Made by a program: the position numbers and the translations under genes
Assembly: GCA_963924565.1 (NCBI GenBank)
Contig: OZ004615.1
Coordinates: forward strand, 16,058,001-16,122,000
DNA length: 64,000 nt
Source: Ascidiella aspersa
Lineage: Eukaryota
Direction of reading: 5' to 3'
The notes under the pieces: model-generated
Database searches by the model: none
Told to the model about the DNA's origin: nothing
What the model saw: only the letters and a program-made list of their open reading frames with translations
Shown here: positions 43,001 to 56,100 of the stretch, one piece after another
How positions within the stretch are numbered: position 1 is the first letter of the stretch
How the letters are laid out: the number at the start of each line of letters is the position of its first letter

Positions 43001-46000
43001 ACAATAATTCAACTATCAAATGCAGATAAAAAAAAACTGATGAATAACTACAGCGTTTTTTTAAATGTACAGAATGCCCTAAGCAGTAGCACATCGTTAC
43101 CTGACTTTGCGCATTTCTCCCTGGGCAGAATCCTGTCCGCTGGCTTGTGCTTCTTCCGCTTTATACTTTTTCAGGCGTTTTTGTGATTTGGCCACTTTCA
43201 TCTCCTTTCGAAGTTGGCTGCAAAGACAAGTTTGCCAAACAGGCAAATTGAAAATATGTTTTAATCAAGAATTTCCACATACATGAAAGCTAGCAATAGG
43301 GGTGAACAGAAAACAATACGTTTGAACAAAGGCACAACTGGATAAGAGCGAAACGCGATCTTGGTATTACTGTTGAATTGTTCAACGTATTGTTGCATTG
43401 TCTTTAGATGCTTTGATTTTCCAGGAAAAGGTTATTGCTAAATCACATGGTAGAATGTGGAAAAGCAAAATAAATGAAAATATTTACAATTATATTCATA
43501 ACAGTGACTAAAAGTTAGTTTGTAGAACAAACTAAAATAATGGTCAGCCACTTCAAGGTGAAAAGCTTTTGTATTTCAGATCTTGGAAGCGCAAACGGTG
43601 ATAACAAAAACTCAAATTTACATTGCACCTTACTAAAACACTATATAAAAGGTGTTGCTAACATCTATTCATGACAAAACTTATCATTATTCTCGTTTTA
43701 ATCAGTGTAATGATGTGATGGTATGAACTCACTTTATTTCGCGCTTGATAGCTTTTGGTGATCGGGCGGTCTCAACAAGCGAGTCGTCTGACGTTTCCTG
43801 GGCTGCTGTTTTGGCGTGCTTGTTTCCTGGAATACAAAACAATTTTCGGTTGAGCATAACAAGGTAGCTTAGAATAAGGTCGCACAATGCAATGGTATGG
43901 AAGCAATAGACTTGGGTAACAGACAAAGGGTAAAATTTGTGGGTTACAGTTGCATGTTGGCATTTCCTATCACATAACTATGTACGGAAATTAATTCATA
44001 TAGTCTCGGCAGCCAATATCAATTGTTACAGTTTTTTAAAATAGACTTGCTTTGCTAAGTTGTTAAAACAAAATTCTGGACATATCCCGTCATTTTTGAC
44101 CGAAACAATGTCTATTTATATGCATGAATAGTTGATTACTTAGTTGTTGCAGCATCTGAGTGTTAAGTTCTTGACGGAGAGCAGACATTTCTTTGTTGAT
44201 GACGAGACGGACCTCCTAAGTAATAAAGAAACAAAGTAGTACAAATATTTTATATTTACATTTTTAAGTGAATTAAACGTTACCAAAGTTGTGTACCTGT
44301 TTAATTGATTGAATCATATCTGAATCCATAGGTTCTGGTTTCTCACAACTTTTGCTTGTCGTTGGGTCTTGACTTTCAACAGGCATTTTGACATTAACTT
44401 CGTCTACAATAGGTAGTTAAAAACTTTTTTAGGTGCTTAATTAGCAACCTAAGTGATATAAAATACTATTAGGATATAACAACAGAAATAATATAAATTA
44501 CAAAACTGTTTAATTTAAGCAATATCAAAATCTAATTCTTCATTTAGTAAACAACAAACGTTAAAATAGTTTGGCATTTTTTAAAATACAGCACAGCAGG
44601 TAGCCATGTATTCCAAAAACAAAACTTCGTTAAACATTTTATATTTCCAAATACCTTCAAAGCTTGTTGGAACTTCAATATCTTCTACAGAATGTACTGG
44701 TTCCTTAGTTGCAGTGGTTGAACTTGATGGAAAATCCTCTCTTAGCTGAGAACTCTCCAATGGCACAGTAGTGCAACTAGATTCAGGGTGGTTAATGTTC
44801 GGTGCAGATGGGCTTGTTATTGATGTTTGAGGAGTGTTGTCTTTTTTCAAATTAATATCTTCCATACTTTAAACCATAAAACATCTTGTCATTTTTAACA
44901 CTTTCACTTAAAATATTTTGAACAATAAAAACATAAGGCTGGATATTAGTGTTTCTGTAGTGATATGTCATCCTAATATATCAAATCAGTACACTAGGAA
45001 AATTTTTCTACATGCCAGATAGCCTGAAAAAGCTAGATTGTATGAGTTTAAACTGACACATGGACGCCATTATGCACACACACACACACACACACTTTAA
45101 TGCACACAAACAACTACACACACATACCTTAATAATGAACAACCTGCGATGATTTTTTCAATCGCCAAAATTTACACATAAACCAACTAATTATTCTTAC
45201 TACAAATACCAAGTGAAAGCATTATTTAGTAACCAATTTTGCAGCACAACAATCAGCCAAACTATGTTTAACGAAAAATTTCAGTTAGTTTCTAAAGTCC
45301 TTTTGTACATTTTGTTGCAAATACACACCTAACTAAATCCTCCTGGTTAGATATCAAAATTAACCCTTGTCCAATACCATGGACAGCGTGCTTAACTGCT
45401 TTTGAAGCCCAAGCAATTCCGTTCTGCAGTGGTGACTGTGAATTCTGCTCAAAGAGATTTATTTAGTGAAGCAAATTATGAGCAATATCATGTGACCAAG
45501 GCTGGCACATGATACACTGTGTGATGTCACACAAAATATTTGGCCTGTGACACGGTAGAATGAAATAGGTGACTCATTAACCAAGGAAATGGCTTAGTTC
45601 CCTTTTTTTATGATACACTAGAATGTAACATGTTAGAGGTTTTAAATTTGATAACTGGAAAAGCATATGACATACAATGTTAAAAATAAGTTCTAACTTT
45701 TAAAACATAAACACTAAACAATAATACAGAACACATTAACCCAATTAGGTGTATTGCTTATAACAGATTATGCCATTATTTTTACCAAAAGTGATAACTA
45801 ATGTTACACACAGAGCTAAATTGGAAATAAAAAAATAAGCGGTTACTTTGATTTGCATAATAAAATTTGTGTTTTTTACTTTTATTGACAAATAAAACCC
45901 AAAATAATCTTCTACCTCACGGTTGGTACCATTTGAAGAGCTGGCTCCTTGTCTGGAAGTTGACTTTGGAATAGGGATTGGGGATAAAGCCGACCTAGGC

Positions 46001-47721
46001 CGTAACATCACATGGAGAACATCATCATTCTTCTTACACATCTTTATAATAAAGCAAAATTAAAAACCAAACAAACTGAGGCTGGCATATTAAGTTTATA
46101 TATGAATATGTTTTGTATATATAATGCAGGTGTAATGGTATCTTGATATTTAATAATAGATATTTGTAGATAGAAAACAACTGCAATATTCTTAGCGAAT
46201 TATTATTGAATAAATTGGCAAATATTTAAAAAAGCAAACTTTGCATAAGGTAAACAAGTAAAAGTTACAAAATAGTTTTTCGACAACCCAAACAGTGAGA
46301 TAATGTTTTGAAAATCGACATAAAAATGCTTACTTTTAAAGCTTCCAAAAATTCATCTGAAATAAAAATACTTAATTTTAAAATGTGCCTTTTTGAAATT
46401 TAAAATGTATCTTTTCTAAATATTAAAAGCAAAACATATTATGTTCATGAAATACAAAACCTTAGCTTATTTCGTTAAGTAAGTCCTATCTTTTTGGTTT
46501 ATACAAAATAACTAATTAAATGAAAATAAGTTTTATAAAACATGATTAAGTAAAAAATATAGCCAGGTAGGCTTTTGTAAATACAAAATTAAAAAGATCA
46601 AATGTCTATTTATCAAGATCAATAGAATCAAATAAAATAAAATTTGCTGTTAAATACATGTACCATAACCAACCATTCAAAAACATATAGGTTTTTAAGC
46701 TATATAATATACGTAAATATATATATATAAACCAAAAATATTGTGACAGAAAGTTTAATTATAAAACTACTTGTACATCATTACATTCTGGGCCCGAAAC
46801 CCTTTACTACAGTTATATACATAGGCGCTGAATGTGGGTGTGCATAGAGTTTTTAGAAGTCCTGGCCCTGGGATTTGACCAAGTTATAACTCAGTGTGCA
46901 AAATAATTTCTGTAGCAGGCTTAGTTAACCAAAACTGTTTAAAATTTTCCTGAATTGCCATACTGACATGAAGCCAAAGAATCCCCAAACTATGATTTTT
47001 GATGTTTTATTTAATTTTTTTTAAGTATTGTTACGTTTTTCCCATTTCAATAGAAAGCCCAAAGGTGTGAAAATTAGGTTTTAAAACACGAAATGGTTGG
47101 CTCAGTGAAAACTAGCAACAACTGTTATCTAAGAACTCATATTTTGGTCTAATTAATGAGCAGTTTTGCACTGTCTATAAAATAAAGCCTGGGAATTTTA
47201 AAAGTTTGGCACCTGTGGTCACATATATATATATATTACTGTATATATATATAAGTATTATTGCCTTATATATATAAAAGTATGTCCAGTTCTAGTTATA
47301 ACTAGACTGGATGCTTTCTGATAAGAGATTAGGCAAATCATGAATAAACACACAAACTATTCTATATATAAATATAATATTAGGCTAATTATATGTATAT
47401 GTTTTATACAGAATATAGTGTTCTCTAGATTGGCAGAGGTAGTTTGAAAAAAATATATATATTTAACCTTGGGTTCCCAATGAAATCTCATCATCTTCAT
47501 CATCCAAGTAAGTGAATCTTGGAGGATCATCAAATTCATATTTAACCTGCAGCTAAAATTAACAAATATTTGTCAACTTGATATAAAACATTATACAGAC
47601 AATTTCTTACCATAACAGCAACGTCACTCCATATAGTGTCATAGGAGAGTTGAAATATATCAGCTTCCCCATTTTGATCCACTACAAGAACATAATTTTT
47701 TTTGTCAGGGTCTTTTGCCAT
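37013..47721 (-). CDS. NBR1: NBR1-like selective autophagy receptor (PB1, coiled coil, FW, LIR, UBA), about 20 exons
   Basis: PB1 with acidic OPCA motif (TYLDDEDDEISLGTQDEFLEALK; exons 47611-47721, 47468-47546, 46334-46356, 45916-46041). FW domain with all four Trp (TKYWVLKNEGSRAW, SSWRL, FGPKVWCSV; exons 42707-42833, 41664-41914, 41107-41192). LSFEMTDV resembles NBR1 LIR2. SDFEVIPLPECFDVTRPL resembles NBR1 LIR1 (FEVI at 39329-39340). C-terminal UBA LIEMGFTD...GDVNRAVQAL; last exon 37013-37122. Confidence 0.9.
45076..45125. repeat. (CA)n microsatellite
   Basis: A CACACA... tract followed by a degenerate continuation. Confidence 0.85.
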
Positions 47722-48689
47722 AATTTGGTAAAAACTTGTTTCTAACAAAACAAATGTACTGATTGTTAGTAGTTTGAAAAACTTGTAGCAGTAGAAGCAC
47801 CATGTTTTTTTCTGGGCGAACTTGCACCCTGAGATTGTTTTGGGGCAATATCTCAAAAAGTTGTGCCGCTAATAAGCAGATTTTTTCTACATTCCTGGTA
47901 TTGGCTTTAGTAATCTAGCAAACAAGTAAAAAAATATTGATATTTTTTCTAAAAGTGTAATTGTTATATTGCTAAAGCAAGAGTGTGTGAAAATCTTAGA
48001 TCTCGAATGTGAATATTAGATACTCTTTAGGGACTTTGAAATCGAACAAACATATTTAAAACGAGAGCATTTATGAGTTTTTGATCGGATATTAAAAGCA
48101 TAGCTTGATTGATATTGACTACAAGCGATGTTTCTTTTTGAAGAGTATGCCTTGTAGTTTATATTATAAAAATTTAAAAAGCTTGACAATTAGGTGTTAA
48201 TTTGCTGGATTGTTAAAGGCAATACAAGGACTGTAGAAAAAGTTCTGCTTATTAGCAGCACAATTTTAGAGATATTGCCCCAAAACAATCTCATCACGTC
48301 AAGTTGGCCAGGTATGTTTTTGTCTATCGCTGTGTATGACCTGAACTCAAAAGAACTATTTGGCTGAAATTTACCTAAGTTTATTGAGGCAAAGAAGTAC
48401 ATATTTAAAAACTTCGTCCCCGAGGATGACCGCTGATTTTACAATATAGCTTTAAATGTAATTTAATGTAACAAACAGCACTTTGCCCTAGTTTTCTCAG
48501 CAGTAAACCTAATACCTGCTCGACCACCACCTGAAATCCTTTGTGTACTACAGGATAAAAACCACTGCTCTAAACATAGCGTTATAACCGAAAACTTTGG
48601 CCTACGCAAAGAACTGGATGACAACGATTTTAGTGCTTGTGTCACTTCGTGTTTTTCAGCAGAACAGCGTATCTAGTTTCTAAAATCAA

Positions 48690-49030
48690 ACGCATTGCAG
48701 AAATAGCACAATCGGCGGAATTTGGTTTTCCCTGGGGATTTTACCGAAGCAAGTTTTTCTGTACCGCTTGCAAAAACCTTTTCGTTCAATCTGTGCCATA
48801 GCTCAACCTCAACAGCTCGCTACCAACAATAACAAGATCACGTGGCTTGACTGACGTTTCACTGACGAATGGCGAATCGTGATCATGTGACCGAAGAGTG
48901 ACGACACTACAAACACTGACTTTGTGAGAGGCTGGCAAATATTTCACCAGTTGAAACGCGTCCCAAAGACGAGAATTAACGTCAGGGCGACACACAAGGT
49001 AAATATAGCGCAATAGCTAAGCCGTTTGAC
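48690..49030. promoter_or_regulatory. CpG-rich putative NBR1 promoter with an M-box/CLEAR-like site and CRE half-sites
   Basis: Local CpG enrichment flanked by CpG-poor DNA. TCATGTGAC at 48883-48891; TGACG at 48852, 48863 and (reverse strand) 48980. It lies about 1.1 kb upstream of the NBR1 ATG, which is preceded by a splice acceptor near 47741. Confidence 0.55.
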
Positions 49031-50929
49031 GTTGGGGTTGCTCCCTCTGTTAACTCAATCGAACATTAAAATCATTAAGATATTTAAGCAAGAACCAACA
49101 CGATTTGTGTATGTTTTCTGCTAATGTTATTACACATCATACCATTTTAACTACAATTTCATTAAGAACTGTAAAATATGTAGATTTATGGGAATTTTTT
49201 GTTAACTGCCCATAAACTTTTAATTTCATTTTTTTTATGAATTAGGACCCAATTAAATCACTGAAACATAAGAAAAACTTTTTTTAAATATACCCACTAC
49301 CCTCCTTGATACTACTCAAACGTTTCCAGGGGCTATAACTACTGTAAAAGGTGCTATACAAATTCCATAAACTTCCTAATTTTAAGCCGTCTTCCATCAT
49401 CAATCCACCAACATTCATTGTTTATTTATTTTGTGTGTTTTTGAATAACACCCTAGTTTCAAGAATTTTCATGCATCTTACTTTTAATTGTTGGATGGCC
49501 ATTGATTTGTTTTTTATCAGTTGTTTCAAAAATTTTGCCATTTAAGTTTATCATTAAGATAATTAACTCTTATTATGTTTGATTTTGTTTCATGATAAAG
49601 TGTATCCACATTTTATGTGGTTTGTTACCAATGATATTTAAGATTTTTAAACTTTGTAATACTGGTTTTAGTACTATAATCATTCATTTACTCTATTTTA
49701 CCAATATTCTATATTATGTTTATAGGTTCCCCAGCTATTCATATTGGTTTCATGAACAGTAGTTTTTAACATATTTTCCCATTTAAATGCAGTACTTTTG
49801 GTACCTTAATTGTGGTTGTTTCGCTTAATTAACTGAGCATCTTGTGCTTAAAGTTTGTTTTCAAGTAGGGTAATTGCAAAATTCAATTGTGATTGTTCGG
49901 ACATGGAGCGAGTCTGTGATTTCCTATTTGACATGTTAAAGTGAGATATACTGTGGGTACAGGCTATTACTGCCCTTCACTTATTTCATAGTGACATCTT
50001 TGAAAAAGTAAAAAATCTGTTTCTTAACATGAAATAATTTCTTTGGACAAGAAGTTTGTAAAAGAAAATTTTGCCTGGTTTGATATGATCATTTTTTAAA
50101 TCGTCATTGTCTTAAATTTCAGGTCTAGCACAGCCCCTTAAAACAACAAATTGTACCGTATGAATAAATATAGTTATCGTATGTGTATGGCATTGTCCTA
50201 TTCACGGAGGTGACTACTGGTGATATTCTCGGCCCATTTATTATAAGGTAAAATGCGGTATATATTAAAATTCCAAACGATCGCTAAGCAAAGTGAACAA
50301 TATGTTGATCATTATTAAATACAGCTAAGAGACAAAATGTAAGTAATTAATTTTTTTGAAATGTTGTTCTTCTGTGGAAAAAGCTGCATGGGCCCACACG
50401 TTAATCTCGTTAGCCTTTACCAATTAAGGCACTCTGTTTACTATTTAAATTACTGCCCATGCCAAACAAGCATTAAATCACCTCTACTTACGCAAGTGAT
50501 ATGCCAAGTTGAATCAGAAAAAAATATATATTTTGCAAGAATAAAATCTATTGCGTTAGTGTGCCCCGTCCACTGAAAATACTTTTTTATACTATTTAAG
50601 TACATGTACAAAACGAAGATGATGTGTTTACGTTTTCCACTGTATAGTCTGTCGAACTGTAGATTATAGACCAAACACGAAACAGGAAGTTTAATTCAAC
50701 TATTTGGTGGGTCCGCTAACCGTCAACCGTTCGTGCGTATTATAGTTTTAAAAGTAATGCGTAAGTAAAAAATCAAAACGTGTAAGTTGATCAAACAGAA
50801 ATAGTATAAATAAAGTCTGTCATATTGTCTTACGTTAATACAAACAGTTTTTCAACGAAGAAAAGCGTATTATTTAATTATTTTAACCTATATCGAGTTC
50901 ACCTCACTAATTTCTATCACAACTGATTG

Positions 50930-52252
50930 GACTCCAGCCATAAGACCGAGATAAGAACAACACACCAACGTCAGAATAAAACACAATTCGGAATAAGGCC
51001 AAAATAGGACTAATACCTAATGGTATAAGTACCGGCTAAATCGGAAAAAGTCCAAAATCCGTCGGAATAAGACCTAAAAGGTCAGAATCAGGTCTAAACA
51101 ACACTTTAAATAAACCCAAACCCCACCCCTAAGTACATCACTAACCCCCTAATAAACAAGAAACCCTAACCCATTTTCTAAACCCACCCATTACCCTTCA
51201 ATAACCCCAAACAGGACCAAAAATCCGGTGCCAAAACAGCGGCGCCCTGGCGGCGCCGGTTAGTCTAGTGCAGGGGTCGGCAACCTACGGCCCGCCGGCC
51301 GGATCCCGCCCGCCGATGTAATTCATCCGGCCCGCCGCCTCTTTGACAAATTAGACACCATTTCACATAGCCTACTTTATGACTATTTCAACTACAAAAG
51401 TGCGAAAAATTTTCGCGCTTTGCGCGAATGAACCTTCTACGTACAGTGGTTACTTTTGATGCTGTCTTTTCAACTAGATCAGCACGAAATGCCAGTATAC
51501 CAAAAAAAAATAGCGCTCGATTCGCTCGCCAGGTGTGCTTTCAATTAAAAACGTTTGCTTAAAAACGTTTGCAAGAGCTAGATTAACTTTAAATGTTATC
51601 GCGTTCCTAAAGTAGTTTTATTTTACTTTTCATTATTAGTACGGATGACGACGTATGAACTCGAATTTTAAACCAAACAAACGCTTTTTTCGTTCTTTGC
51701 GCCTGCACTTTACTGCCTCCTTAAATTTAATTAAACACGTTTTTAAGTGTAAAAACGATCCGAGGCCCGCCTGATTCACAGTTGTTTGAACATGTTAATA
51801 ACACAATTTTAGTTAACAGTTTGTGCGGCCCACAGAGACCTTTCTCAGTTTGGTTTTGGCCCGCGACAATAAAAAGGTTGCCGACCCCTGGTCTAGTGCG
51901 TCCAAACGTAGTCACCAAAACGGCCGATGCCAAACCGATGGCCCCAATCGTCCCATAGGCCTACCCTCTACCACAGGTTCGGGCGTTATTTTGGCCATTT
52001 AGGCCTACTTCCTGTGAATTTAGGTCTTATTCCGATGAATTTTGGCCTGATTCCGATGAATTTACGCCTTATTCCGATGAATGTAGCCCTTATTTCGACA
52101 GATTTAGGTCTTATTTAGACGATTTTGTTCTTTATTCTGTATTGGATAATACTACGTATTTGGCTGTATTATTTTGTTGGTCTTAATAATATGGTTTTAT
52201 AGAATTTTCGGCTTTAGGTATTGTTGCTCTTTAGGTCTTATTATGTGTTTCC
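50930..52252. mobile_element. Foldback-like non-autonomous element with inverted arms built of ~21-bp subunits and a telomere-like (AACCC/CCCTAA) tract
   Basis: Left-arm units resemble TCGGAATAAGACCTAAA (50940-51100). Right-arm units are TTTAGGTCTTATTCCGATGAA, about 6-7 copies (about 52000-52140). AACCC-rich tract at 51110-51210. Boundaries are approximate. Confidence 0.65.
51271..51890. mobile_element. hAT-type MITE inserted in the foldback-like element
   Basis: Perfect 16-bp TIRs CAGGGGTCGGCAACCT / AGGTTGCCGACCCCTG; perfect 8-bp TSD GTCTAGTG. Confidence 0.93.
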
Positions 52253-53172
52253 AATTGATCAAGTTTGAAGCTTCCACTTTTAGCTAATTTGCATGGTAGG
52301 CTACATTAGACGACTAAGTAAACTAACGTTACTATTTTACTAACCACTTCTAATTTCGTGTATATATGTAAGGTATGCGCAACTTTCTGAACAGACACAC
52401 TATCCATGAGGAGATTTCGTGTATATAGGCTTCGTATACAATTTAAATTTACCCACAAAATAATGAACGGATTAGTGCTACTATTCTCGTTGGTTGGCGT
52501 AAAACTAAAGCCCACTTATTTTTTTCCCTGTTGACCGCAGGCTGCACACCCTGGTCTTTAGCGTTTGTCTAGTTGTTATTTTGCGTTATTTGCATCTAAC
52601 CTTAAGTATAATCAAGAACATTTCATGGTAAATTTGCCTAATAATTTGCAGAAAACGTCAAATTTTATATGCGACTTAACAGCAAAACACTATACTGTAC
52701 AACAAAAATCAAGAAAATATTCGGCGAATATAGGCTACAGGAACTTTGAGTTTGAAACAACTTATTTTGTTTTTCGAGGTACTTCGATTTGTGAGTAATT
52801 TACCAGTAAAAGCAAAGCAAACAGTTTAAAAATTAACACAAATATAACGGTTACTTGACCAATATAGTAAAATTAAACGGCTAAATTGCAAACCGGATAT
52901 TTTTTAAATGGACGAATTTATTGCGCAATATACATTTAAAAGGATTTATTTGGCCCAAACCAATGACACAGCCCCGAAAACTCTAAATTTATTATAGAAA
53001 TTGGCTTGACCTCAGCTATGATGTGAGATGCCACCCAATTTACCCACATTGCATTGCGATAATTATTTAGCATAGTGACCGTGGTCCATGCATTGGCTTG
53101 AGTATATGCTATATGGGTAGCAGCATAAAAGCCACTTATACGAGCAACAATATTTTTATTCTTTTGGCCGCA

Positions 53173-56100
53173 TCAGTGTGCAGTGGTAATGAGGTCGACT
53201 GTGCTCTTTGTCACATCTGCGTTCGCCCTGTTCAGGTTTCCAACCACAGTGTCGTCATCTTGAGCTGCGATTTTAGCTTCGGTCAGCTTGTCACGATACT
53301 TGCTCTCGAAAAACCCGACCTGCGAAACAACGATTAAATTGTTAAACCAATTTTAGGTGTAAACGTTTAAATTGAGGCATCATAAATTGGGGTTACCGCA
53401 TAAACATTTTGACGTGTATTCGTGTATTATTTAAATCAGTGGTACCCAGCCATGGGGTCGCGGCCCAAGAGGTTCGCAAAGTAGTTATTGAGTCGCCGTA
53501 TGCCTTGGTTAAAAATTACCGAAATGAAATATAAGCCTTAAAGAGAAAGCTCGCACATGCGTTTATGACATTTAGCCCAGTGATCTAATCATATTTATGT
53601 TCTTACCCAGGTTTTTTTTTAAGGTTTGGTTTGGATGACCGCTAAGTAGTTTTAAGATACCGCAAGTGTTTCATTTAAATACCAAAAAGTTGCAAGTCCA
53701 AAATTTGGGAAACCGCTGGAGAAATTTGGGTGACCGTTTCGGTCCCACAAAACACCTTAAAAAAAAACACTGTTGTTATCATTACACTTGTTTTTAGTAA
53801 ATGGCCGAATTCGTACAAATAACGACAGATTTGGGCAAATTGTCTGGTCCAATAAAAAACAACCTTGGCCTTTATACGACCGCCGGAGACCGCTTTTTCT
53901 CCGCCCGAGAAGAGGTGATCCTTATATTTTTTTAAAATTTATTATAAGATATTTCAAATAACTAAAAAAAGGTTGCATGAGAAAAAGGTTTGGTATCACT
54001 ATGGTTTAAATAGATGACGTCACAAAATGTTGCGAATACCTTTTTGGGGCTTTGATAACAGACAATGGGAAACCTGACATCTATGTTTTGTCTGTTCACA
54101 TATACACGTGCTTAATAGAAAACAATATTAACCCCTACGTTTTTCCCCAATAAATCTGGCTTAAAAACTCTAACCTTCCACAAAACGATCGATAAGATTG
54201 CCAGAAGGACAACGCCACCGGTTATCGCCCCAATGATTATGCCGTTGTTCAGTGAAGGCGATCCACTGTATCGGGACCCAACCCACGTGCTGACCATAGT
54301 AGACGCCTGCAAAACAATGTGGTGTAAAACAGACACAAATCGTGAGAAAAACTTTGTCGTAAAACTGTTTGGTTGCATCACAATACATTAAAAATAACGT
54401 GTGTACACAAATTACGAAGTCGCATCAATAACATATGTTGCATATAGCCTGTGTTTTTTTTCGAAGTTTTTGTCCATTCAAATACGAAAAAATGTCGTTA
54501 ATGGCAACAATTACTCAACGTGATGTCTTATGTTCTTTACGAGTATAAACGTCACATACTGTAGATCACCTGTATATATGTTACGCTTAAAGCAGGAAAG
54601 ATTGGCGAAGCGGAGGCATTAATCCTAATGGAGCTGACCAGCCTTGACGTTAGGTTTTTCTGCAAAAAAGTAGAATGTAAGAAAACAGTGTTCCAGGGTT
54701 TCCCAAACTGTGGTCTGCGGACCATTGGTGGTCCGCGACGACTGCACAGGTGGTCCGTGGCGATATGACACGAAATTAAAAAGTTACACATATAGGCTAC
54801 GTTGTACAGCAGGGGCGACAACTCACGGCCTGCGGGCCGGATCCGGCCGGCGAATGTAATTTATTCGACCCGCATGCCTCTTTGACAAACTAGACACGAG
54901 TCCATTTTTTTCTATTTCCCATACTTTTTGACTATTTTAACTATGTAAGTGCGAAATTTTCGCGCTTTGCGTTAAAGATCTTCAGGTTTTTCTACGTTAT
55001 GATGCTGTCATTTGAACTAAATTAGCGCTTTTTACACTGTGGAAGACTGACTGCCAAGTGCTAAAGTGCGTCGCGTACAAACGGAAAACGTATTCAAATA
55101 TATTGGACATACATTTAGAATTTTTATTTCTAAAATGTAATAAAAATTAAAAAAAAAATTTGAATGAAATGCCGAGATACAAATGCCGAGTTAAAATTGT
55201 AGAGCATACAATCGGATTTAGTAATTATTATAGTTTATTGTTGCATACTTTATGAACTACCCAGTTGACTGGGCAAGTGGTGAACGAAGGTAATTAATGG
55301 CTGACATGGGCCTGGGTCGGTTGTAACAAAATGACGGGGTTGGTTGTAACATTTGAAAGCTGTTACAACTGACCCCGGCGAAACAGTATAATATATATAA
55401 TATAGTCTTTAAATATTTTCAGCTATGTTGAAAAACTTAAAACGAAAAACTGACAGAGGTAATACACCTGTGCAAGAACTTGCAAGAGCTGCCAACGATG
55501 TGAAAAACCATGGAAAATCTATTCGATCAGTAGCAAAAAAATATTCTATTTGCCAAGTCACGTTGTCTAGATTTTGTAAAGCAAAACAGAAATTAGAAGA
55601 TAAAGGTTCAAATGAATTGCCTTCTGTTGGTTACCGCAGTGCTACTCAAGTATTCACGGAGTTGCAAGAAAAGGAGTTGACGAAATATCTCTTGATGTCA
55701 GCGGATGCTTATTACGGATTGTCTCCAAAAAATGTAAGATATTACACTTACTACCTTGCTTTTTGTTTTTGTAGAATCGATGATATCATTTCTAAATCAC
55801 ATAAGTTATAAGTATAGGCTGTAGTTTTGGAAATAAAGTTTAATTTTTTTAGGTCCGATAATTCGCTGACGAACTTGCAGTGAAATACAAGTGCAGTCAT
55901 CACAAGAGTTGGGAAGAGAATGGTAAAACCGGAGCGGATTAGTTTACTAGCTACAACAAAAAAAAACTCAACGCTATCAATACGAAGTGCAGAGGCAACG
56001 AGTCTGTCAAGGGCTACAAGTTTAACAAACACAATGTCGGTGTGTTTTTCTCCAAACTAGACGGCGTGATATCAAAGCATAAGTTGAATGGTAACGATAT

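Noticed and set aside
43772-43963. Cys-rich ORF as the missing NBR1 ZZ exon
   Set aside because: Its Cys/His spacing does not match ZZ (no CxxC pairs) and it is out of frame with the adjacent exon.
49935-50000. H/ACA snoRNA or miRNA-like hairpin
   Set aside because: A partial stem and an ACA are present, but there is no clear H box and the spacing is wrong. It cannot be supported without a covariance-model search.
51110-51210. Interstitial telomere
   Set aside because: The tract is short, highly degenerate and embedded in a repeat element.
51927-52118. ORF with 7-aa repeats (LGLIPMN)
   Set aside because: It is the translation of the 21-bp subunits in the foldback-like arm.
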